Source: Actinomycetota bacterium (GTDB lineage Bacteria; Actinomycetota; CADDZG01; WHSQ01). From it: a stretch of 64,000 nt of DNA. Within the stretch, counting starts at the first letter, position 1, and the number at the start of each line of letters is the position of its first letter. The notes beneath the pieces are model-generated. The model ran no database searches, was not told the origin of the DNA, and saw only the letters and a program-made list of their open reading frames with translations. The position numbers and the translations under genes were made by a program. Below, piece after piece: positions 57,579 through 64,000 of the stretch. The stretch covers positions 15,540-79,539 of the forward strand of contig DASZDG010000103.1 of the NCBI GenBank assembly GCA_035942255.1. Reading direction: 5' to 3'.

Positions 57579-58028
57579 ATGCGCGCATCGCTTTCGTACC
57601 GGATGCTCCTCATGGTGGCCCTGGTCACCGGCACGACGGTGGGTGGTATAGCCGGAGCACACTCGGAGTGTTGGGTCGAGAGCCACAGTGAGGACCACTG
57701 GTACGGCGACGAGCACGCCAACACCTGCGATGCGGGAAGCGGCGGGGACAGCATGTACGGCTACGGCGACGGGGACGACCTGACCGGCGGGGGCGGCGAC
57801 GACAAGCTCCGCGGTGCGACGGGCAACGACCACCTCCGAGAGGGCCAGAGCGACGGGGACACCGACCTGTTCTGCGACGGCGACGGCTGGGACAACATCC
57901 ACATGGGCGACAGCGACGGTGCCGATCACTTCCATCGGGTCGTGGACAACCACAACGACTCGATCGATTGGAGCAGCGGCGACACGTGGCACGAGGGAAC
58001 CACCGCCCACTCCGACTGCCCTATGTAG
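57579..58028 (+). CDS. small secreted Asp/Gly/His-rich protein with RTX-like calcium-binding repeats
   Basis: Signal peptide. GDGDDLTGGGGDDKLRGATGNDHL resembles GGxGxD nonapeptide repeats. Four Cys. Confidence 0.5.
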   Translation: MRASLSYRMLLMVALVTGTTVGGIAGAHSECWVESHSEDHWYGDEHANTCDAGSGGDSMYGYGDGDDLTGGGGDDKLRGATGNDHLREGQSDGDTDLFCDGDGWDNIHMGDSDGADHFHRVVDNHNDSIDWSSGDTWHEGTTAHSDCPM

Positions 58029-58093
58029 GAGCGCGACCTTTTCCGGGCTCGGGAGTCTTTGTAGAGGGTCCCCGCAATAGGTCTAGGGAAGCT

Positions 58094-58609
58094 ATGGAAA
58101 CCGTCGAATCGATCAGAGCTGGAGACAGCTGGCGACGACGCCTCGAAGGGCTGTACGCGGCGGAGTACCCGTCGGTCGTGAAGCTCGCCTACCTCCTTAC
58201 AGGAGAACGCGACGCCGCCGAGGACGTAGCGCAGGAGGCGTTCGTCCGCCTCTTCGCGCGGTTCCAGGATCGCAAGGAACCCGAGGTCGTAGGAGCGTAC
58301 CTGCGCCGGATCGTCGTCAACCTGAGTCGCTCTCGAGTGCGGCGTCTCGTCAACGACAGACGGAAGATCGAGCGAGCCGCGAGTCTTCCGCAGCCGCCGG
58401 AGGCGGACCCGGTGAGCCCCGCGCTCACGCGCGAGCTGCTCATGAGGCTGCCCGTGCGCCAGCGGGCGGCGCTGTACCTCCGCTACTACGAGGGGCGATC
58501 AGAGCGAGAGACGGCAGAGGCGCTCGGTTGTTCGATCGGCGCCGTCAAGTCACTGGTGATGCGGGCGGCGAGGACCGTTCGTTCCGAAGAGGGAGGTCGA
58601 GATGGATAA
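58094..58609 (+). CDS. ECF-type RNA polymerase sigma factor
   Basis: Region 2 (AEDVAQEAFVRLF) and region 4 (RQRAALYLRYYEGRSERETAEALGCSIGAVKS). Confidence 0.85.
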   Translation: METVESIRAGDSWRRRLEGLYAAEYPSVVKLAYLLTGERDAAEDVAQEAFVRLFARFQDRKEPEVVGAYLRRIVVNLSRSRVRRLVNDRRKIERAASLPQPPEADPVSPALTRELLMRLPVRQRAALYLRYYEGRSERETAEALGCSIGAVKSLVMRAARTVRSEEGGRDG

Positions 58610-59579
58610 CGAGTTCCGGGATCGATTGAAGAGCCTCGTCGACTCCGGTCCACAGCCGGATCCGAGCCGTGGCTCGTTGCCCGCGCTCGAGCGTCGCATC
58701 GCGAGGCGGCGCCCGGTATGGGCCGCCGGGCTGGCTGCGGTCGTGATGGCAGTGGGCGCCGCCGGCTTCGTCGCCGGCGAAACCGTCCTCCGGAGCTCCA
58801 GGTCGGCGACGCCGTCCGAGGGAAGGATCGCCCCGGCTCAGCAGGGTCCGGCGGAGCAGGGGCAGGAGGGCCGCGAGGAGGCGCGCGTCATCGCCTCGGG
58901 GCAGCGCGATGGCCGGGGATGGGAGCTTCGAGGCTTCCGCGCTGAGGCCGCCCGGAGTCCTCGACCGCTGTGCCTCGAGTGGGTCCAGCCGCCGGTCGAC
59001 ACGGGCGGCACGGCCTGCACGACCGACCTCTCCGAGGGACTCCCCTCGGGTGAGCTCTTGGTCACGCAGACGGCCGACAGCCCGTTCTTCGGGGAAGTCT
59101 CGCCTGACGTAGCGCGCCTCGAGATCCGCGCCGAGGACGGGACCGTCAGCGTCGCCCGGATCGTCGACGCGCCACGGGCACTCGACGTCCCGTATCACTT
59201 CTTCGTCGGTTTCAATACCGGATCCGGCGACATGACGCTCGTCGCGCTGGACGAGGACGGCAACGTCCTGGAGGAAGAGGTCCATGCCGCCCTGCCGCTC
59301 CTGCTCGTCGAGAAGGACGGTGACGGATCGGGACGCGTCTCGGGCTACTCGACCGAAGAGGCGCAATGCGGGTCCGAGTGTCCCGAGGCCACGCGCTGGA
59401 TCGACTGTGGGGACGTCTGCGCGGTCGAGCTGGACGACGCGACGATCACGCTCGAGGCGGAGCCCGAGGACGGGTCGGTGTTCGTCGGATGGTCGGGAGC
59501 GTGCCAGGGCACGGGGCCATGCACGATCACCGTCGACTCCGATCGAGTGGTGGTCGCGACGTTCGAGAGCGCTCCCTAG
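58602..59579 (+). CDS. membrane-anchored protein, probable anti-sigma factor
   Basis: 8-nt overlap with the sigma gene. One TM helix after about 45 aa. C-terminal repeat-like FVGWSGAC...GPCTITV. Confidence 0.5.
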   Translation: MDNEFRDRLKSLVDSGPQPDPSRGSLPALERRIARRRPVWAAGLAAVVMAVGAAGFVAGETVLRSSRSATPSEGRIAPAQQGPAEQGQEGREEARVIASGQRDGRGWELRGFRAEAARSPRPLCLEWVQPPVDTGGTACTTDLSEGLPSGELLVTQTADSPFFGEVSPDVARLEIRAEDGTVSVARIVDAPRALDVPYHFFVGFNTGSGDMTLVALDEDGNVLEEEVHAALPLLLVEKDGDGSGRVSGYSTEEAQCGSECPEATRWIDCGDVCAVELDDATITLEAEPEDGSVFVGWSGACQGTGPCTITVDSDRVVVATFESAP

Positions 59580-59880
59580 AAGCGTCCCAATCGCAGAGCC
59601 GGTCACCGGACCGGCCCCATAGATCGCGCTGCCCGCCGGGGACGGACTCGTCCCCGGCGGCCCGCGTGCGCAGCGTAATGGTTCGAACCAATCAACGATG
59701 CCGAGGCCATAGCCGGAGTGACGAGTCGCGTCTGGAGTCCTGGCGCGTGGCAGGCGTGCCCGGCTCGATGTCGCCACGTATCCCCGCGTAGATTCTTGCC
59801 GGTGATACCCTGGCCACGTCGTCGGAGCAGATCTTTCGTCATGTGGCTGCCTCGCCGGGAGCCGCAACGTCAGATAACGA

Positions 59881-59900
59881 TCTGGGCCACATTTGGGCCA
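59881..59900 (+). repeat. paired TCTGGGCCA / TTTGGGCCA motifs about 110 nt inside the right att core
   Basis: TCTGGGCCA at 59881-59889 and TTTGGGCCA at 59892-59900. Confidence 0.4.
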
Positions 59901-60011
59901 CATCACTCCTGATTCCTGCTGTATCTGGGTGGCTATTGGTGACAGCAAAAACCAGCCGTCTACCTGCGGAACGCGGAATCGGCGCAGGTCAGGGAGACCG
60001 GTTCCAAGTCT

Positions 60012-60058
60012 TTGCCAAGGTGAGGGTCGCCAGTTCGAATCTGGTCGCCCGCTCGGTA
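60012..60058 (+). repeat. att core, right copy (orphan 3' half of tRNA-Gly)
   Basis: Identical over 47 bp to 40809-40855. The tRNA 5' half is absent here. Confidence 0.9.
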
Positions 60059-60123
60059 GAGAAGTGCAGGAGCAGGGGCCCCAAAGGGCCCCTGCTTCGC
60101 GTCAGGAGGACGCTCGAAGACGT

Positions 60124-60142
60124 TCTGGGCCATATCTGGGCA
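60124..60142 (+). repeat. paired TCTGGGCCA / TCTGGGCA motifs about 66 nt after the right att core
   Basis: Same offset from the core as the 40922-40942 pair. Confidence 0.4.
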
Positions 60143-60500
60143 CAGGTGTTTATTTCCAGGTCTTCGACTGGTGGTGAACGAGGTTCTTCTCGCGACAAAA
60201 AGGTGTCACCGCCGGTGCATACGTTGCCGCCGGCCTAGGCGCCGGGTTCTCCCTTCTTCAGCGACGCCTTCTCAATCAGGTTCGTGAGAACAGGTTCGGT
60301 CGGCGACGCTAGCCGACGTCCCCCGAGGGATCGCGCGCCATCTTCAGTACCCTTGACCCGTTAGTTAACGAGCGCGACAGTCAATGACAAGAAGCAGGGC
60401 TAGGGACGAGCTATCGAGCATCCTTTTTTCAAGTGGAGCATCCCGAGAGGTGTCCAGGCCCGTAGGTGAGCCCCGCTGCCCATGACATGGGAGGCGGAAC

Positions 60501-62681
60501 ATGATCATCAAGAAGGGATCGGCTCGGCGACCCGAGGAGCCCGCGGCCGGTAGCGCCGAAGCCGCAATTTCTGGACCGCTCCCCAACCCGGCGCCGCCGG
60601 TGAGCGGCTTGTACAAGTACCAGGCTTCGAGGATCAGCCCGCGCCTGCCCCTGCCGGGCGCGCAAGGGGCCGGCGCTTCGGTCGAGCTCGCGCCCACGCT
60701 GTTCCCGTTCCTCGCGGAGGAGCTGCGCCTCGACGTCGACGGGCGCTATCCGCAGCTGGCCGTGAGCGGCATGGTGCCGGCGGGGTTCTCGAGGGTCTCG
60801 TGGATAGCCAAGCTCGTCGCGGCCGGGACGAACCACTGGACCGGCACGATCTTCTACAAGGAAGGCTCGTCGGCGTTCCCGTACACGACTGTGGACGTGG
60901 TAGCCGCCCCGAGCTGGGTCCCCGCGAACCGGGCGGTGACGGTCGTCTTCAGCGCCGGCTCGGTGACGAGGACCCGCATCTACAAGTTCACCTCGCCTTA
61001 CTTCCACAACGTCGACTTCGAGTTCGACAACACCCCGGGTGAGGTCGCGACCACTAGCGTCAACACGTGTGCGCACCCGAACCGTCCGTCGACGCTTCCG
61101 TGCGAGACGCTGTCTATCCCGACGGTCTTCGAGCGCGCCGGCTTCGGCGTCACGACGTCCCCCGGAGGAACCGTCCCGATGGCGAAAGCCGGCTCCAACC
61201 TCAAGTGGAGTGACCAGGAGATGCACGACGCCATGCAGGCTTACTGGTCGAAGTTCTCCGCGACCAGCAAGTGGGCGATGTGGGTCTTCTTCGCGTCGTT
61301 GCACGAGACGGGGACCTCGTTGGGCGGCATCATGTTCGACCAGATCGGTCCGAACCACCGCCAGGGGACGGCGATCTTCAACGACGCGTTCATCTCGCAG
61401 CCCCCGGGCGGCGACCTCGCTCCGGCCGCGTGGGTCCAGCGGATGATCTTCTGGACGGCCTGTCACGAGATGGGGCATTCCTTCAACCTGGCGCATTCCT
61501 GGCAGAAGGCGATGGGGGGAAGGTGGCTGCCAGGGCTCGTGAACGAGCCCGAGGCCCGTAGCTTCATGAACTACCCGTACTACGTCACCGGAGGACAGGC
61601 GGCCTTCTTCGCAAGCTTCCAATATCGCTTCAGCGACGCCGAGCTGATGTTCCTGCGGCACGCCCCGGGCAAGTTCGTCCAGATGGGCAACGCCGCCTGG
61701 TTCGACAACCACGGCTTCAGCGGCGCCAACGTCGCGCCCGAGGCGCGGCTGACGCTCGAGCTGAGGGTCAACCGCAACCGCCGGCTGTTCGAGTTCATGG
61801 AGCCGGTCACCGTTGAGCTCAAGCTGACGAACGTCACCGATCAGCCGCAGCTGTTGGACGTGAACGTCCTCAAGCACTTCGACTCGATGGTCGTGATCGT
61901 GAAGAAGGACGGGAAGAGCGCGCGCCAGGTGATCCCCTTCGCGCAGTACTGCTACATGCCCGACAAGATGGCGCTGCTGCCGGGAGAGTCCGTCTACCAG
62001 CCCCTCCTCATCTCGGGAGGACAGGGCGGATGGGACCTCGCGGAGCCGGGGCGGTACGTCGTCCAGATCGCGCTGCGGAACGACGACGAGGACATCGTCT
62101 CGAACCCGCTGCCCCTCAGGGTCGCCCCGCCCAGGAGCTACGACGAAGAGCTCGTGGCGCAGGACTTCTTCGTCGACGACGTGGCGCGGACGTTCGCGTT
62201 CGGCGGCAGCGAGGTGCTCTCGAGCGCGAGGGACACGCTCATGGAGGTGATCGAGCGAACCCCGGACCGCAGGGCCGCTCTGCACTCCTCGCTGGTCCTG
62301 GGCAGCGTCGCGCGGCGCGACTACAAGGTCCTAGTCGAGGACCCCGAGGCCGAAGCCGGCATCGGGATGCGGACGCGCGCAGCGCAGCCGGAGAACGCGC
62401 GCGAGCTCCTCGACAAAGCGCTGCTCCGGAGGCCGCACGACGCGGCGGAGACGCTGGGGCACATCCGTTACCGCCGGCACGTCGAACGTCTCAGTGACTG
62501 GCTTGCCGACTCCGACGAGCCGGCGGCCGCGGCCGACGCTCAAGACGTGCTCTACGAGACGCTGTCGTCGCGGGAGGTGCAAGGGCGCAAGGTGCTGGGG
62601 GGCGTTCTCGACGAGGTTGCGAGGAAGCGCGACGCTTTCAGGTCCGAGGCCAACGGCGGAAAGAGAGCCAAGACTCGCTAG
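60501..62681 (+). CDS. 726-aa protein with metzincin-type zinc motif, no signal peptide
   Basis: GGGAGG SD. HEMGHSFNLAHS (HExxHxxNxxH) is followed about 30 residues later by a Met-turn-like SFMNYP. The first codons are AT-rich (ATGATCATCAAGAAG). Confidence 0.6.
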   Translation: MIIKKGSARRPEEPAAGSAEAAISGPLPNPAPPVSGLYKYQASRISPRLPLPGAQGAGASVELAPTLFPFLAEELRLDVDGRYPQLAVSGMVPAGFSRVSWIAKLVAAGTNHWTGTIFYKEGSSAFPYTTVDVVAAPSWVPANRAVTVVFSAGSVTRTRIYKFTSPYFHNVDFEFDNTPGEVATTSVNTCAHPNRPSTLPCETLSIPTVFERAGFGVTTSPGGTVPMAKAGSNLKWSDQEMHDAMQAYWSKFSATSKWAMWVFFASLHETGTSLGGIMFDQIGPNHRQGTAIFNDAFISQPPGGDLAPAAWVQRMIFWTACHEMGHSFNLAHSWQKAMGGRWLPGLVNEPEARSFMNYPYYVTGGQAAFFASFQYRFSDAELMFLRHAPGKFVQMGNAAWFDNHGFSGANVAPEARLTLELRVNRNRRLFEFMEPVTVELKLTNVTDQPQLLDVNVLKHFDSMVVIVKKDGKSARQVIPFAQYCYMPDKMALLPGESVYQPLLISGGQGGWDLAEPGRYVVQIALRNDDEDIVSNPLPLRVAPPRSYDEELVAQDFFVDDVARTFAFGGSEVLSSARDTLMEVIERTPDRRAALHSSLVLGSVARRDYKVLVEDPEAEAGIGMRTRAAQPENARELLDKALLRRPHDAAETLGHIRYRRHVERLSDWLADSDEPAAAADAQDVLYETLSSREVQGRKVLGGVLDEVARKRDAFRSEANGGKRAKTR

Positions 62682-62684
62682 CCG

Positions 62685-62984
62685 TCAGACATAGCCGAAG
62701 GGGTCCTTGGAGAGACGGCAGACGATGTCGCCGGAAGCGACCGATGCGCCGAGGTAAAGGCGGTCTTCCAGCGTGACGTCTACCTTCTCTTCGAGGCCCC
62801 GCTCCGGGAGGGCGATCGTGACCTCGACCTCGCCGGGCGGGAGGTCGAGGTCCCACGAGTCGGCCAGCCCGATCTGCAGCCTGGTGCTCACCTTGTCGTT
62901 GCGGTAGACCTCACGGCCTCCGATCGACACGACCACGCGGTCGTTCTCGAATCCCTCCTCCAGAGCAATGCTTATAGAAGGCAC
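62685..62984 (-). CDS. 99-aa beta-rich hypothetical protein
   Basis: GTG start with AGAAGG upstream. Convergent with the metzincin-like gene, with stops 3 nt apart. Confidence 0.4.
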   Translation of the reverse strand: MPSISIALEEGFENDRVVVSIGGREVYRNDKVSTRLQIGLADSWDLDLPPGEVEVTIALPERGLEEKVDVTLEDRLYLGASVASGDIVCRLSKDPFGYV

Positions 62985-63393
62985 CTTCTAATCGTCGCAG
63001 ACTAGGGCTGAGGGCGTGCAGCCCTTCAGGCGCGCGACCGTGGTCTCCGGACGACCGGCCCCCGACGAGGTCGATGCCCTCCTTCTCGAGGAGCCGGGCC
63101 TGCTCTTCCTGGTGGGGGGAGACGAGCCTCCCGTCGGCGCGGACGACTCGCCACCAGGGGAGGCCCTCGTTGCTCGCGAGGAGGTTCCCGACCGCTCTTG
63201 CGGCGCCGGCAAAGCCCGCCTCCTCGGCGACCTCGCCATACGAAGCGACTTCACCGGGGCCGAGCGCCCTGATGACCGCCATCACCGCGGCCTCGAAGGA
63301 TCCCGAGTGTCTCAGCTGCTCGGCTCCTATAGGGCGGCCGCCCCCGTGGCCCCCGTAGACGGGGGGCGCCGGTGGCGGGACCTCCATGGCCAT
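62911..63393 (-). CDS. alkyltransferase-like (ATL) protein: MGMT DNA-binding fold without the active-site Cys
   Basis: GEVASYGEVAEEAGFAGAARAVGNLLASNEGLPWWRVVRADG has PWWRV where MGMT has PCHRV. The start is uncertain, and the listed ORF extends to 63645. Confidence 0.6.
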   Translation of the reverse strand: MAMEVPPPAPPVYGGHGGGRPIGAEQLRHSGSFEAAVMAVIRALGPGEVASYGEVAEEAGFAGAARAVGNLLASNEGLPWWRVVRADGRLVSPHQEEQARLLEKEGIDLVGGRSSGDHGRAPEGLHALSPSLRRLEGAFYKHCSGGGIRERPRGRVDRRP

Positions 63394-63606
63394 TGCTCCG
63401 ACCTCCTCGCAGGCTTCGTCCACAGCTCCAACGTAGAGAAACGGGCCCGCTTCCGGGTAGGCCCTTTCTCGAATTGCCTGGCGACACTTACGCCTTGCGA
63501 GCGTGGCGGAAGCACCGACATCGCCGACGAAGAGTCGTTCCGTCGCCGACGGCCAGTTCGGAGAGGGAGACGTAGGTTCAGCCGTCAGCAGGGGACCGGG
63601 GGCAGC

Positions 63607-64000
63607 ATGTTCGTGGGGATCGATCTGGGGCAGCGGCGCGTTCACGTCGTCGCGCTGGATGAACAGCTCCGACTGCAGACCGCAACCGTAGTGGACGTGG
63701 CCGATCTGGAGTCACTACGGTCGTGCCTCAAGGACGCCGAGGTCGTTGCTATCGATGCCCCCGAGGCCCTCAGCACGGCTCCACACGCATACGACGAGTC
63801 TCTAAGTCGCAAGTTCCGAAGCGCCCGCTGTGCCGAGATCGCGTTGGGACGTGAGCACCGAATCTGGGTGCCGTGGGTGACGCCGACGATCGATCAGGTC
63901 CTGCCGCTGTGGATGGACGTCGGCTTCCAGGTCTTCGACCTCACCCGAAGCTGCGACGCCGAGGCGGTGGAGGTCTTCCCGCACGCAGGCTTCCGCGTCC
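63607..64000 (+). CDS. DUF429-like protein (predicted RNase H-fold), 3' end outside window
   Basis: The frame is open from ATG 63607 to the window end, so it is absent from the ORF track. MFVGIDLG...VVAIDAP...CAEIAL...LWMDVGF...EVFPHAGF. Confidence 0.45.
   Translation, partial: MFVGIDLGQRRVHVVALDEQLRLQTATVVDVADLESLRSCLKDAEVVAIDAPEALSTAPHAYDESLSRKFRSARCAEIALGREHRIWVPWVTPTIDQVLPLWMDVGFQVFDLTRSCDAEAVEVFPHAGFRV

Noticed and set aside
60239-60360. Minus-strand reading ...LASPTEPVLTNLIEKASLKKGEPGA* just after the second att flank, considered as a small excisionase-like gene.
   Set aside because: The frame has an in-frame TAA immediately upstream and no ATG/GTG/TTG start before the stop. At best it is a gene remnant.

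Overview
High-GC, Actinomycetota-type chromosome segment with three parts.

(1) Bases 1-35.9 kb: a dense, almost entirely plus-strand housekeeping block in the classic actinobacterial order. It runs ribF-rpsO-pnp-M16 peptidase-dapB, dapA-rnj-ftsK, rimO-pgsA-cinA-thpR, a CopC/copper cluster, recA-recX-rny-miaB-miaA-hflX, lexA with a divergent LysM gene, then nrdJ...nrdR-dut. Many junctions are 4-nt GTGA/ATGA overlaps. Readable regulatory sites are Cheo-type LexA boxes at recA and lexA, tandem NrdR boxes at nrdJ, and a GntR operator.

(2) 35.9-40.5 kb, minus strand: a translationally coupled gas-vesicle operon. The order is gvpA-DUF378-gvpA-gvpF-gvpG-gvpO-gvpJ-gvpL-gvpS/M-gvpK, followed by a small Rho_N-like gene.

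(3) From tRNA-Gly(GCC) at 40779-40850 onward the DNA looks accessory. A perfect 47-bp repeat of the tRNA 3' half recurs at 60012-60058, bracketing a ~19.2-kb insertion with no intact integrase.

The insertion is essentially one biosynthetic gene cluster. It combines a RiPP-type module (methyltransferase, nitroreductase-family oxidoreductase, fused YcaO) with free-standing NRPS-like parts (adenylating ligase, carrier protein, P450, type II thioesterase). It also carries amino-acid tailoring enzymes, an ATP-grasp/FemAB-like ligase pair and an MFS exporter.

The most interesting unlisted element is a 25-codon ORF (47097-47174). It has a strong promoter and SD and an internally triplicated peptide, and it sits directly upstream of the YcaO operon. 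It could be a precursor peptide or a regulatory uORF.

The sequence after the second att copy resembles that after the tRNA. This suggests a second, related element (60.06 kb to the window end) carrying a large cytoplasmic metzincin-motif protein, an alkyltransferase-like protein and a DUF429-like gene.

No rRNA, CRISPR array, transposase or phage structural genes were seen. All family assignments are from reading the translations by eye; no database search was run.
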